A DNA stretch of 64,000 bases from Octopus sinensis (Eukaryota): contig NC_043014.1 of NCBI RefSeq assembly GCF_006345805.1, forward strand, positions 53,506,001-53,570,000, read 5' to 3'. Both the position numbers and the translations under genes were made by a program. The notes beneath the pieces were generated by a model. The model was not told the origin of the DNA, did no database searches, and worked only from the letters and a program-made list of their open reading frames with translations. Below are positions 1 through 17,941 of this stretch, one piece after another; position 1 is the first letter of the stretch, and each line of letters starts with the position of its first letter.

Positions 1-564
1 ACAAACACACACACACACACACACAATGACAAGTGGGAGTAGTCACTGGTTTGTCTTTTCTGAATGTATAAAAGACAGTTACAAGGAATCGGCAAAACAA
101 ATTAATCTTCTATGTCAACCCTGGGACTTGTTAAAAGACAGCAGAATCCTGTGACAAGCATGCTTTTGTGCCAAGGTCATAGAAAATGGTTCTAAAAGGG
201 AAAGAATCCTTAACAGATCGTAGATGCAGTTTGCCAAGAAACTAGTCGTGGAAGAGAAGACTTTGCAGAAAACATTAACAACACAATAACTACAGAGTAA
301 AATAATCGTATGCCAGGCTGAAAGTTGAGAGGGTCGGGATGGGTCGGGATGGTCAGATGCAATTCTCTTTTCCATAAAGAGAGAAGAATTCTAACACTGA
401 GCAAGAGCTTACTTTTGGAAATACAAAAAATGTCCAGGAATGAGATTGATGACTATATAGACATTGAGTCTTTATGTAATCTTTAATCTCCTGCTTAGAT
501 ATTTTGTATAAAGCACTGCTCAGCCCTAGTTCTTTATACCAAACATACGATTTTTTGATTTTTG

Positions 565-3701
<3,137 letters not shown>

Positions 3702-3920
3702 GATTAATATACACACAATAATATATGCATAAATATTGTGTAGTTATGCTGGAAACACTTTAGGTGCAGAGCAATTATGAAGAGGATGTCATAAAAATAA
3801 AAAGAAGCAGATTTAGACTGAAAACATATACAACAATATATACAGTTAATACAACAAAAAAAAACATGAAACTAAAATGAAGCCATGGCTTGAAATAAAA
3901 ATATTTATATATATACAGTG

Positions 3921-3952
<32 letters not shown>

Positions 3953-5419
3953 GACAGATAGATAAAGAGACACACACGCACACACACACACACACACACA
4001 GAATATAGTTTTAACCCCAGACACTTTGTCTGTTTCTAGCAGTCCCCATTTTCATACAGGTCTCTGATCATTTGATGCTTTCATTAATGGAACTGCAAAG
4101 AGAAATGCAAATGTGTGTTTGCTGTATATAAGACCAATGATGTAGAGAAATGGCCAAAGTACCAAGAACACAGGGACATACAACTTGCGAGGCAAAAGTT
4201 TTTGTTTGCCAAATCAAATTCTTGAGACGAAGCTTAAAAATAGAATTTGAAATTAAGTTATCTCATTTCTGTAAGCTAATTTAAAATTTTGACAAGTTGA
4301 GCACCTTTGCTATGTTTTTTGCATAGCAAGTTGCAGGGATTTAATGTTCTTGATATTTTGGCCCTTTTCTACATACCACTGTCATTTGGCATTTAAAAAC
4401 AGCAAAAACGTAAAAAAAAAAAAGGAAATCTTAGTATTATTTGAATCTTAGACTTGTATGAGAATGTAACCAGCAGAAATACAAAAGTGTCCAGAGATGG
4501 AATATATTGTGTGCCTGTGTGAGGATGGTGAAGTCAGGAAAATCACTTGCCAACCACAAGACCTCTGGTTCAGTCCCACTGTGCAACACCTCATGCAAGT
4601 GTCTTCTAGCATAGCCATGTGAGTGAATTTGGTGAATGGAAACTAAAAGAAGCCCATTGTGACGTGTTTACATTTGTTTCATTGAAAATCACTCGGGCAC
4701 AAGTAAGGATGTCATTGCACATGTCTCCTGGTTTTGAACCTTGAAATATGTGAGGAATAAGAGGTCCCTTACTTGAAAAACAGATAAAGGTTAGTGACAG
4801 GAAAGGCATCTTGGCTGTAAAACGATGCCTCAACAATTTATTCATCTAACTCATGCTAGCATGAAAAACAGAAGTAAAAACAAAAATGAATGATATATTT
4901 CAATAAGTGGCTTGATTTTAATACCAAGTCTCTTCTTATGTGTATGTGTGTGTGTATAGATATATACAGACACACACACACACACACATGCATGCATCAT
5001 AGTATGTGTGTGTGTAGCAGCATGGGATTGACAGAATCAGCACAAACAAAAATACCTTGTGGTATTTGCTTATGTTCCTTTATGCCCGCGCTGACTTTGC
5101 CATTTCCATTTTATATTATGAGGTCAATAAAATAGGTAATAGCCAGGTGGTCATAATAAACAACTAAATTTCTGAAAGGCATTGCCCCAGCATGGCTGCA
5201 GTCCAATGACTAAAAGCAGTAAAAAAATATATTTCCGTATAGTAAACTCTGATGTGCTGCCAACATTCTATAGATTATATTTTAAAGACAGATTACTCAC
5301 AGATGCCATCAGCATGAAAACCTGACAGTTAAGTTAGTGTTAATATGTATAATGCAGTAACAGCAGCAATTTAATTAGAAATAATTATGTGGTGAGGAAA
5401 AAACATCATTAGTTCAATG

Positions 5420-8260
5420 GTTAATATCATTCTAATTACTTTGGCCGGTTTGATCAAGAAACAGTCTTATTAAACTTCCACAAGAAACGAGACTTTACCG
5501 TTTTGCTGAAAGCAGCGAGGAGACCAGCTGCCCTCTGTGAATAGACAATGGTGTCATCTTTAAGGGATAAAAAAATGTGTGCATTTGAAAAGAAAATTGA
5601 AGTTGGTGTTGCTCTGCTGGTTTCAAAAACAAGTGCTAGCAATCATTTGTGAAGAAAGTGCATTAGTATTTAGAAACGAGAGGGTATCCAATTGTGAAAA
5701 CAGGTGTCAATTTATGAAGAAGAATAAAAACATATCCTATGAATGCTAACATGTTAATACTGATACAGAAGAATTGAAAAAAATGAGTGAATCACCAGCA
5801 GAAAACATTCCATAGAGGGACTCAGTGTGTTTAATTGATCTACAAAATTGCCATTGTTTAACAATTTCAGGTGCAGATTTCTAATGACAGAACTGACTTG
5901 TGGGCTTCTAATATATGTTTCTTTTGAATAATCAAGTGTTTTGGACGGTTCTGGTAAAACAATTTGTCTTTCCAATGTGAATAGTTTCTTACATAAGATT
6001 ATGATATAAATGGTCCAAATTTAAATACAAACACTTTAAAACAAGTTGTTTTGTATCATAGGATGAGTTGATGGCAAAACAGCTGAATTTGTCACATTAT
6101 TTGTGCATGAAATGAAATGTTTTAGCCAGAGATATATACTGAAGGGAGATGACAATGTTGCTGGTAGGACATTTAATGCAAACAAACACTATGCAATGGA
6201 TAAAATGATCCTAGAGGTAGGTGTTCTAATGAACACTGTAAGAATAGTCCATAGGAGAATGAGAAATTGTTTTTAGATCAAAGCCGTGTAAGTTGGATCA
6301 AGATGTCTTTCGATGAAACCTCAGAAAGTTGGGTTTCACAAAGGATCAAAACCGAAATGAAGCAAAATACAATCACTAGATAATGTGAAAAAGAAAAGGA
6401 ATTCTCCAACCTAAGGAAGGGGCCAAGTCTCACCATTCATAAATATTATTATTATAGGCAAACATTAGCATCTTCATATTGTATAGAGTCACAACAAGAG
6501 GCCATAGGTTCATATTGTGCAGTAGCAGCAGCAGTAAAATGGTTAATGACAATTCTATACAAGAGGAAGAAGCTGCAACGCTGGCAGGATTGGCTTTGCA
6601 GACTTTTTGTGCCAAATGTAAAAGCTACCATTTGTTTCTGAATAATATTGTTATCTATGAAAAACGGATGCCAGAATAATTTGGGGTTGACCAAGGCCCT
6701 GGAAAGGAAGTGTATACTGAGGGATCCCTAGACAGATAGAAGAAGTTATTACAAATTATAAAATCCATGTCCATCTCTTGTGAGTCCCACTGTGAAAGGC
6801 AATCAAGATCAATGTATACAGTCAATTAGTTTATTTCGCTCATTAATATCATTAATCATGGATATTAGAAACATTCAAGTGTCATATGGTCAACAAATTT
6901 CTAACACTTGAGTAAAATACATTTTCAGATACACATATAAGAAGACTTATTGTCAGTATGAAGCAAAACTACTTTCACAGAGCCTATTTAAAAAAACATG
7001 GGTAACTGGTTTCCACCACATCAAGAGCTCACACACAGATGAACATAAAACTTGGGGCAAGGGACGAATCATCCCTCAGCAAAGTAAATAGTTTTAATAT
7101 AGCGAGTTCTTGTTAAATTGTAGTGGGTTTCCTCTAACTTTCCATAGAGATGAACTAGTCTGCTTGTTTCAAAAAGAAGTGTTACTTCCATAGTCCAAAG
7201 TTAGGAAATGGACCTCATATTTCCATTAGAACAACAAGAAATCCGTCAAAAGTGAACCTAAATATGGTCGTAGTATGTGAAATCCTTTGAGAGGCTCCAC
7301 AACAGATTGACTCCTACAACATAAAACCGAGAGAGAGAGTCAAGTAAAGATGCTTTGCAGCATTTGTCCAAGACTCTTTCTGTTCTGCATTCAAATCGCA
7401 CCAAGGTCATCGACTTTTCACTCTTTTAGACATCAAGCAGTGATGTAGAATATTTCACACATCAATCCTCCGATACTAGAAAGACGAAGAGGGATAATTA
7501 TGGTTTTGTTACCACTACGTACTATGAATGTCCCCTGCAAACTGTTCGCGTCAAAGTGAAAGACATCCAAAAAGGAAACCAAAGAAGCCAGTGGCAGTAT
7601 ATTCCAGATGTCCTCCAAAGCTGAGCACTCTGGTCATTGCTAATTTTATTATTAACTGAGCACAGTTTGTCAGAAACCATATTAATAAACATGGTGACTT
7701 TGTACGAAGCTCTGTACAACTTACAGGTTTCTGCCATACATCTTTGAGTTTATGGTGAACCACAGAGTGATGTGTTTGATTTCTCTTTGAGGAGTTCAAT
7801 ATCTAACAGGGACTATTTTCATGATTATATATCAAGTATTTTTGGTGTATAGAGTTAGATGTGCAAAACTGTTACTGAAATGTTTAGAGTTCCAGATGCA
7901 GTATCTTCAGTGCAGCTATTTCTAGCAAAGTCGTGTGGTCACTATTGTAATTAGTAGCATTACTGGTGTTGATGTACAGAGCAAATTTAAGGAGAAATCA
8001 TAAGAAACATTGGATGCAATTTATTTGTTCCCTACATATGTTTCACCCTTGTGGTCATTTGCATCGTTTGCAATGGATGTTCCAAATGCAACTGGATTCT
8101 GAATCACAACAGTTCATCAGGAGAACACTATTTCATTGCATTGATCCGTGTAACCTAATAAAGTCTCGTGAATTGCTGTTCTGCTTCAGAGTCAAAGGGT
8201 CCTTGGAACACCCACTGCAGTGGATGCATAGAACCACAACGGTGAAACAGAAGTAGAGAA
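5420..8260 (-). mobile_element. Highly decayed Gypsy/Ty3-like pol remnant (RT/RNase H/integrase traces)
   Basis: Minus-strand fragments loosely resemble integrase motifs (YIDL at ~6810, TAQYEPMA for TAYHPQAN at ~6510, FWHP for RFG.P) and RNase H W..L motifs at ~7600, in Gypsy domain order; many stops and frameshifts. Confidence 0.45.
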
Positions 8261-8566
8261 CAAAAATGATGTAAACTGCATCCTATGTGTTATCATAATT
8301 TCTCTTAGAATTCTATTTAAAGAAATGTTCAATATATAGAACCTGAAGATCAATTCACACAGAACAATTAAACATCAATTTAAACATTTACAACAAGAGA
8401 AATTCAAGCAACAATTCTAAATATATTTTAAACTAAGAAACTGTTGAACTTATCAATGACAGACCTTCAGGTAACTCAAAGGAAAATCTTTTGAAGACAG
8501 GGTTAATAGCATAAGAGTCTTTTTTTTATATAATTTTACAGTTCACTCAATTTATTATTACACTTT

Positions 8567-8666
8567 NNNNNNNNNNNNNNNNNNNNNNNNNNNNNNNNNN
8601 NNNNNNNNNNNNNNNNNNNNNNNNNNNNNNNNNNNNNNNNNNNNNNNNNNNNNNNNNNNNNNNNNN
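8567..8666. other. Assembly gap (100 N)
   Basis: Exactly 100 Ns, the usual placeholder for a gap of unknown size; continuity across it is unproven. Confidence 0.99.
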
Positions 8667-8897
8667 ATATATATGTGTGTGTGTGTGTATATGTACATAC
8701 ACACAAACGTATATGTGTGTATTTGTTACATTTTTTTGCTTCTTCTTCTTCTTCCCCCCCCCGCCCCGCCGCCGCCCGTTTAATGTAAGGCAATATACGG
8801 TCGGCCCGAAGCACACCAATGCTTCCCACTACTTTACATGCTTTCTCTTTCTTCTTCTTCTTCCCAAATATTTAATACGACATCTCCAGCAGGCAAT

Positions 8898-8928
<31 letters not shown>

Positions 8929-10171
8929 CGCGGCCACTTGCACACACATGCAAACATGCTGAGCCATACACATGCTCACACACACACACACACACACACA
9001 CCAGAAGACAGTTAGGTGTGTGGGGGGGAGGGGGGGAACAAATAGTGTTTGTGTTCCCATTTTAAAACAAGCCATTTTGCCAAGGGAACAACTGCTGGGC
9101 TGCTCTTACCCACCACCACCACCACTCGCATATATATATATATATATATACATACATATGTGTGTGTGTGTGTGCTCATACACTTATGCACGCCTCTGTG
9201 CATTACTGGCCTCGGCGTGTTTGTGTGTAGATATGCGCTGTATATCTCGTATAAGTGTGATCATGTGAACACACACACACATATATATGTATATATATAT
9301 ATGTGTGTATACATACATATACATATATATATTCATATATATATGTATATATATAGTGAGTGTATGTGTGTAAACTTTAATATATATATTGCAAATTATA
9401 GTCATAAATATGAATGGATTTCGGTAAAAAAGAAAGAGAGCCGAAATAATGCATTATTTGAGAGAAGAATAAAAAAAGGAAAACCAATGCGGCCTCATAA
9501 CAAATGATCCCTCGGGGACAGTTCCTTAATTGCTGACTGTTAACTGATTTATTATCGCAGCTTTATTTTATTTTCTCTTTCCCCCCCCCCTTTCCTCTGT
9601 AAACTTCTTTTATCCCCTTTTCACCTTAAAATTGTTTAAGGGACGACTTTGAATTTCAATGTAGTTGAGTGCGACTTTTAGGTCCTCGGTTTTCTTTTTG
9701 TTTTTATTTCATTTTTTTGTTGGTTTTTTCAAAGCAACTTTTTTACAATAACAGGAAGAACAAATGACAACAACCGAGCGAAACCACTGGCTGGAAAGAA
9801 GAGGGAAACGGTTGACAGGGAGGAAGTCTCCTGCCGAAAACCGTTCAGCGAGCACGTGTACCTTTGTCGGCGGCGGCGGCGGTGACCGGGTGGATGACAA
9901 GCAATGGTTGTTGGTTGTCGTTCTTTAGCCCAAGGTTAGCCCAAGCAGGTTATAAGCGAAGGTCATTCCAGCGAAGACCATCCCGTGGGCCTAAGAATAA
10001 CAACATCATCCAATGCGTCATTTCATTTTTAAAATAGGGATATCATTTGAATTGTCCCATGCGCTCGAAAAGTAGTGGTCGTTGCCCAAATAGAACAGAC
10101 CTACGATTCAAAGACATTCCAGCCGTGATAATCCTGTTTTTTTTTTTGTTTTGTTTTTTTGGTGGGGGGGG

Positions 10172-10202
<31 letters not shown>

Positions 10203-11246
10203 TATTGCGATGGTATGCAGGACTACATAATGCGTTATGTTCTCCTTTTATTACAACTGTGAGATGGCATTGAAGGGGGTTTTGGTTACTATTTCTAGCC
10301 GATTAAACAAACACATCGCGGCCCCCTCGTTGTCTCGGTGGTGTTGGCAGCAGCAGTAGCAGTGGTGGTGGCGATGGCGGTGTCATGAAAAGAGGAGTTG
10401 GGTCAGTATGTAGTAGGTAGATGGGAGGAGGTCTACAAGGAAGTTGGCGACACAGAGAGGGGACAGCCCTGATTGAGACACGCATGCATTGCTTCGGGCA
10501 CACACATCCACTGACCTCTCTTTATTTTCCTGTCCCATTCTCCCCTCTCTCTCTCTCTCTCTCTCTCAAATATATTCTCCTTGCAGACAGCCAGATTGTC
10601 TTGTCTGGGCCCAGGTCAATTTTATTTGAATAAATCCTTTGATCAAAGCTTTCCAGTTTTGACCATCCTATTTTGTTTTCAGATGTTAGTGTGTGGATTC
10701 AGGGGAATTTTGCTGCTTTTCCTTGCAAATCCAGTCTCTAGACTCCTTCAGTGACTGACCATGGGCTAAAGGGCTTACTTTCCAGGTTTAGTCCCACTCA
10801 ATGATAACACCTTGAGCAAATGTTTTCAACTATAGTCACATATATACACACATATCTATACAAGTGAGTGGACAACATTTAGCAGGAGTTACCATGTATT
10901 ATTTAAAAGAGTTTGAGTCAATTCCACGCAGCCCCCATGTCTTTCAGCCTGAAAGAGACAGGCACCTGTCAGGGGCCTATGAAACTTGAAATCGCTAGAG
11001 AACTCAATCAAATAATATAAATATGCATATATATATATATATGATGGGCTTCTTTCAGTTTCCATCTACCAGATCCATTCACAAGGCTTTGGTCAGCCTG
11101 GGGCTACAGTAGAAGACATCTGTCTACCCAAGGTATCACAGAGTGGGACAGAATCTGGAGCCAAGCGGTTGAAAAGCAACCTTCTTACTACAGATCGGCT
11201 AAATCTGGATTGGCTAAAACAAAAAGCAGTGAAATTCCCATATATT

Positions 11247-12445
11247 CAGGGATTGGACAAAATAATGGAAACCCCATAAAATTTCAAACAAATTTATTTT
11301 AATATGGAGTAGGACCGCCTTTGGCAGTAATTACAGCTTGAATTCTACGAGGTATGGACTCGTACAAAGTTTGAATTGTTTCCAAAGGAATGTTTTGTCC
11401 ATTCTTCAGCTAAAATAGTCTCCAGTTCTTGTAGTGATGACGGTGGACGATATGGACTCCTTACTTGTTTTTCTAGAATGCACCATAAATGTTCAGTAAT
11501 ATTGAGATCTGGGGACTGTGCTGGCCAGATAAGATGTTCAACTTCACTAGAATGTTCCTCATGCCATTCAATAACAACTTTAGCTGTGTGAATTGGTGCA
11601 TTCTCATCCTGAAAGATTGCATTTCCCTCCGGAAACAGTTCCGCAACCATAGGATGAATTTGATCAGATAAAATGCTTAGTCTTGACTATTAATTCTGCC
11701 ATGAAGGAAAACCATTGGGCTGGCGGAATTTCCAAGATATAGCCACCCCAGATCATCACAGATCCTCCTCCGTGTTTAACAGTTGGAAGAAGCAGTCTAG
11801 GTCAGATGCTTCTTTTAGCTGTCTCCACACATATACTTGACTGGAAGTTGGATATAAGGTAAAGGATAACTTGTCCAAGAAAACAACATTCTTCTACTGC
11901 TCAAGGGACCAATTCTGCAATGTTTGTTTTTCTGATTGCAGCCCTCCCGTGAAATCCGGCTTTGTGCAGCTCCCGGCGAACAATTTTTGTGGAAACTGGG
12001 TTCTCCAGATGGTCATTAAGTTCTGCAGTAATTTTGGGAGCTGTACTTTTGTGATCCTTTCTAACAATTCGCATTAGAGTCCGACTGTCCCTATCTGATT
12101 CCAGAGTTTTTTCAATAAGAAGGTTTTTTTTCCCTCTTTCTCAAAGGCTTTCATTGCTTTTGAGACAGTAGTTCTTGATATGCCAAACATTTCAGCTGTT
12201 TTCGTTACGCTAGCGCCTGCCATACGAGCACCAACAATTTGACCTTGAAAATCCGATTGTTCTGTCATTTTAATGAATTTTAATTACCTTTTCCTGATGA
12301 TATATGAAAGGAAACAGCAATTTTCGCAAAACCTATTAAGCAAAACTAATAATAAATCAAAAAACATAAAAATAAACAAGCTTTTGACAGTTTTACAGAT
12401 ATTTCAAAATTATGATGCTAAGTGTTTCCATTATTTCGTCCAACC

Positions 12446-12449
<4 letters not shown>
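11247..12449 (-). mobile_element. Tc1-like (Tc1/mariner) DNA transposon, both TIRs present, transposase disrupted
   Basis: TIRs cagggattggacaaaataatggaaac / gtttccattatttcgtccaacctctg in a TA context; HTH fragment GQIVGARMAGASVTKTAEMFGISRTTVSK and catalytic FQDENAPIH...WPAQSPDLNITEHLW. Confidence 0.92.
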
Positions 12450-12493
<44 letters not shown>

Positions 12494-12496
<3 letters not shown>

Positions 12497-13100
12497 TCAT
12501 CATCATCATCATTTAATGTCTGCTTTCCATGCTAGCATGGGTTGGACAATTTGACTGAGGACTAGTAAACCAGATGGCTGCACCAGGCTCCAATCTGATC
12601 TGGCAGACTTTCTACAGCTGGATGCCCTTCCGAGAATGTCGTGGGTGCTTTTACGTGCCACCAGCACGAGGGCTAGTCAGGCGGTACTGGCAACGGCCAC
12701 GCTCAAATGGTGTTTTTTACGTGTCACCTGCACAGGAACCAGTCCAGAGGTGCTAGCAATGACCTTGCTCGAATGTTTTTTCAGATGTCACCAGCACAAG
12801 CGCCGGCAACGCTGGTAATGATCATGCTCGAACGGTGCTCTTTACATGCCACCAGCACCGAAGCAAGTTAGCTGCTCTGGCACCGATCACACTCCCATGA
12901 TGCTCTTAGTGCTCCACTAGCATGGATGCCAGTCATCGAATTTGATTTCAATTTCACTTGCCTCAACAAGTCTTCGCAAGCAGAGTTAGTGTCCAATGAA
13001 GGAAAGGTATGCATAAGTGGGCTGGTTACACCCCTGGCATAGGCCACGAGGTTATGGTCTCACTTGGCTTGCCGGGTCTTCTCAAGCACAGCATATTTCA
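12494..13100 (-). mobile_element. RTE-LINE 3' UTR fragment with (GAT)n tail
   Basis: Reverse complement closely matches 32700-33075, the 3' UTR of the RTE copy there. Confidence 0.8.
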
Positions 13101-13104
13101 TCAG

Positions 13105-15060
13105 TCTAGTGGGCACATAAGCCAGATTGGTCACAAAGACAGGCCTGGAAAGCCTAGGGAAAATGGTGGAAACAGAGAATGATATAAGGTAGCCAAAAGG
13201 GCAGCTAGGCATCAGGTTTACATAGCATAAGGAATAGCAGAACGTAAGAGATTTGCAAATGTTCTACAGTGTGAGGATCAGAGGTGTGAGGTGTTCAGGA
13301 TTGCAAAGCAGTGTATCAAAGAGAATAGAGATGTGGTGGGTGAGAAATGTGTGCGAATGGATAATGGTATGCTTGCACTTAGTGACTCAGAGAAGAAAGA
13401 TGCATGGAAATGTCACTATGAAAGTTACTAAATGTGGAAAATGAATGGGAGGAGAGTCTACCAAATATCGAACTAATTGAGTGACCAGCCATCAGAGTTG
13501 ATAGCAGCATAATAGATAAGGCAATTAAGGATATGAAGACAGGGAAAGGCTCTGGGCCATCAAGAATCACTGCCGAGATGATTAAAATTTCCAGTGGCAT
13601 AGGATACAGCTTAGTCACCTGTATAGTTAATCAGGTTATTCAGGAAGGCTTCATCCTCAATGACTGGTGTAGTAGTATTATAGTTAACTGCCACAAGGGT
13701 AAAGGTAATGCCTTAGATTGAAATAATTACAGAGGTATTAAACAGCCAGACCAAATCATGAAAGTTACTGAGAGGGTTATAGCTCAATTGATTAGGAATA
13801 GAATTAAACTAGATGAGATGCAGTTTGGTTTTGTACCTGGGAAGAATACTACAGATGCCATCTTCTTAGTGAAACAGCTGCGGAAAAAGCACTTGACCAG
13901 AAATAAGCCATTGTACTTAGCCTTCATTGACCTGGAGAAAGCTTTCAAATGTTCTGTTATATGGTGGTCTCTAAGGAAGTTAGGAGTAGAGGAGTGGCTT
14001 GTTAGAGCTGTACAAGCCATGTACTGTGATGGTGAGAGTAAGGCGAGAGTCAGCCATTAATACAGTGATGAATTTACTGTACAAGTAGGGGTTCACCAGG
14101 GCCCAGTTCCTAGTCCACTCTTATTCATTATAGTCCTCCAGGCCATAAGAGAGGAATTCAAAACTGGGTGCCTGTGGGAACTGCTATATGCTCATGACCT
14201 TGCTCTTATTGCAAAGTCTTTAGCAGAATTGGAGAAGAAATTCCAGGTATGGAAACAAAACCTGGAATCAAAGGGTCTTAAAGTTAGCCTAGCTAAGACC
14301 AAAGTTGTTATTAGTAAGAAAGAAGATAAAACTCTCTTTCCATCTGGTAAATGGCTCCTGCTCAATATGTGGGAAATGAGTTCCATTTGCTGCATCCCCC
14401 TGTAAACTATGGACACACAAGAGGTGCAGTGGAATCACAGGTAGATTAACAGATAAAGTCATCTTTGTATGTGGCAGATGTGCAGGAACACCAAGAGCAC
14501 ATGGGACTTAGATTCTCTCAAAATGCCCAGGAAGTTATCTTGAGATTGAAGATAGTTTCTCCTACTTAGGTGACCAAATTAGCAATGGTGGAGGATGTTC
14601 TGAAAGTATTGTTTCCACAGTGAAAGATAGACTGCATGATGCTTGTGTGCAGGCAGCTATACTCCATAGTAGTGAGACATGGGCCCTGAATGCAGAACAC
14701 ATGCATAGACTGGAGAGAAATGAAGGTAGTATGCTCCATTGGATGTGCAGTACCCATGTACGACAAAGTGCAAATGTATCGAGAGAAAAGCTGAGAATAA
14801 GATGAATCAAATGTAGCATGCAAGAGAGAAGACAATGTTGGTTTGGACATGTGATGTGTATGAATGAGGACAGCAGCATAAAGAAGTGCTGATCACTGAA
14901 AGTGGATGGTACTCATGGAAGAGAGAGACCCAAGAAGACATGGGATGAAGTGGTAAGTACAGATCTCAGGAAGGTGCACCTCACAGAGGAAATTTCAATT
15001 GACTGAGATGTCTAGCTATATGAGGTCCTTGAGAAGACCCGCCCACATCAGTGAAACTGA
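13105..15060 (+). mobile_element. RTE-clade LINE ORF remnant (RT, with stops and frameshifts)
   Basis: GKGSGPSRITAEM, QFGFVPGKNTTDAIFLV, LAFIDLEKAF, GVHQG...LLYAHDL, HSSETWAL. Confidence 0.92.
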
Positions 15061-15369
15061 GTTCTAGAAGTGCTGTGTGTCCCACCCACACAGTGAAAGG
15101 GCATCCAGCTGTAAAAACCTTGCCAAAACTGACCTCACCTCTGCTTGTACCACATAAAATGCACTAGGTCCACCCTTCTGGATGGCTGGTGTTAGGAAGG
15201 GTATCCAGCTGTAAAAATTCTGCCAATACACTGCCATGTTGGAGAAAAAGGTCAAATAGATTAATGTAATCCCAAAGAATGCAAGATTTTAAAATGTGTG
15301 GTCACAGAATAACATTGATCAAAGACCTGCTCAATCAGCCCTGACCTGGGGTTAAACAACAACACTATT

Positions 15370-15838
15370 AATCCTTTCTACTTGAAGCACAAGGCCTCAA
15401 ATTTGGGGGAAGGGATTAAATTGATTACATCGACCCCAATGTTTCACTGGTACTTAATTTATCAACCCCAAAAGGATGAAAGGCAAAGCTGACCTCAGTG
15501 GAATTTGAACTCAAAACGTAGTGACGGGAGAAATACGCTAAGCATTTTGTCCAGCATGCTAATGATTCTGCCAGCTCACTGCCTTTCAACAACACCATTA
15601 AAAATATTTATTTCTTTATTGCCCACAGAGGGCTAAAAATAGAGGGGACAAACAAGGACAGACAAAGGGTTTCAGTCGATTACATTGACCCCAGTGTGTA
15701 ACTGGTACTTATTTAATTGACCCCAAAAGGATGAAAGGCAAAGTCGACTTTGGCAGAGTTTGAACTCAGAACGTAATGCTAGACGAAATACCACTAAGCA
15801 TTTTGCCCAGCATGCTACCGATTCTGCCAGCTCGCCAT
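15370..15838 (-). mobile_element. Two tandem copies of tRNA-derived SINE family B
   Basis: Reverse complement of ggcgagctggcagaa...gagttcaaa...gcctttcatccttt..ggtcgataaa..agtaccag, as at 17942-18171. Confidence 0.85.
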
Positions 15839-16479
15839 CCGACACCATTAAAAATATTAAAAACAAAAAAAATCCCTCACAATGGATATAATCAAAACAC
15901 AGCTAGGAAATTTTCCTTAGCCTCAAGCAAAGAAAATGTCCAAAGCCAGGCACAAATATCACAATCTGTTCGTGAAAACAATGTCAGTTGAGCCAGATCT
16001 AATTGTATATCCAATAAAAATGATTAGATAAATGGAGAATAAACATGTCGGTAAGTGAATGGTCGATAGCCAGAACTGGCAACTGCCATGTCAATGGATC
16101 AAATACACATGGGGGTGGTGGCAGGGAAAGAAAAACAAAAAGTAGGACATAACTCAGAGCCCAGCTTTCTTTTTACTTTTTGTTTTCACTGTGCCCAGAG
16201 AAGTGGTATGTAGACAGGAGAGAATAAATATATCCTTGTGAAGAATTCTCATTGCGACTGCAGACAAAGCTTAATGAATTGTGTTGCTGCTAGAGACCAG
16301 TGATCTGCCCAGTGACACCAGCCAGCAAGCAAGGCAGCACAACGCTCTCTCGCCACTCGCTCCACTCAATAATCCATAGTCCAGCAGGGATTAAGAAAGG
16401 AAAAAAGGATTAAAGAAGGAAGTAGTCTGAAGGAAGAAGAGGGTATGAGAATGAAGTAGTTTCAAATGAACAATTATCT

Positions 16480-16515
<36 letters not shown>

Positions 16516-17364
16516 TCACACATACACACATTCACATACATACACACACATTCACATATACACACGACATACATATATATTCTTAAATTCTTTTACTTGT
16601 TTTAGTCATTTGAGTGCGGCCATGCTGGAGTACTGAATGGTTTTAATTGAACAAATTGACTGCAGGACTTATTTTTTTAAGCCTAGTAGTACTTATTCTA
16701 TCAGTCTCTTTTGCTGAACCACTAAGTTACAGGGACATAAACACACCAACCCCAGTATGGTTTGAAATTTTGGGAGAGGGGGCTAGTCAATTATATTGAT
16801 CCCCAGGGTCCAACTGGTCCTTATTTTATTGACCCTGAAAGGACAAACAATAAAACTGGCCTCAGCATAATTTGAACTTAGAATGTAAAGCTAGAAGAAA
16901 TGTTGCAAAGCATTTTGTGCAGCAAAGGATTCTGCCACATCCTCATCATCCTCATCGTTTGTTAATGTTCACTTTCCATGCTGGCATGGGTTGGATGGTT
17001 TGACAGGAGCTGGCAGCCCAGAGCTCCAGTTGTCTGTTCTGGCATGGTTTCTACAGCTGGATGCCCTTCCTAATGCAAACTACTTCACAGAGTGGACTTT
17101 TTATGAGGCACCGGCTAGCGTGCTTTTACATGGCACCATTATTGGTGCCTCTACGTGGCACCATCACAGGAGATTTTACATGGTACTGGTATGAGTAATT
17201 TTTATGTGGCACCAGCACTCATGAGCCTGCAACCCAAGGATCACTCAGCTGAAAGAGGGTTGTAGGGGACATGCCTGTATGCAAGGGCAACCATGATTTT
17301 ACTTAGCTTGTCATGGTCTTCTCCAGTTTAGCATCAGTTGTTATTGTAGAAGTTAAATACGTGG

Positions 17365-17540
17365 AAGCATCAACGGTTTTTAAGCAAACTGGGTAAGATT
17401 TCTAGATTGTTACCAGGACGTGGCTGATAGAGTATTTCAGGCCTTTTTATGCTGATAGTTAAACCAAAATATCTAGTTGCTGCTGCAAATCTATCAATAA
17501 TGTGTTGGATGTCCTTCACGGTATGAGCAACTAGGGCGCT
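17365..17540 (-). mobile_element. Short RTE/BovB-like RT fragment
   Basis: ALVAHTVKDIQHIIDRFAAATRYFGLTISIKRPEILYQP matches the RT region after the YADD motif. Confidence 0.75.
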
Positions 17541-17941
17541 TATATATATATATATATATTTATTTATATATATATATATATATTTTTTTTTCTTGTTATG
17601 GTCTAACGACCCTCCATGCTTGTTTTCATTCAGTTTTGTTGTATGTCTTCCACTGTCTTGTTTTTGTTCCCAACTTTGATCCTCCATAAATCCTTAATTC
17701 TATTTTAGAATTTATGGGAGCAACTGTCTTTAAAGACTCATATTCTCATTGAATGCTCGAAATGAGAAGCAGATAGACAGCTGACAACTGATGAAGGGTC
17801 CTCTCCCTCTGTTTATTTGTCCTGTTTTCCATTTTTTCTCATGTTATTTACATATTTAACTCGTTTGTTTACATATTTCATGTTGTTTGCACGATTGGTG
17901 ATGTCCTGTACCCATATATGCATATATATATATATATATAT

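Noticed and set aside
115-404. Short ORFs at the window start
   Set aside because: No recognisable motif or convincing splice-site pair.
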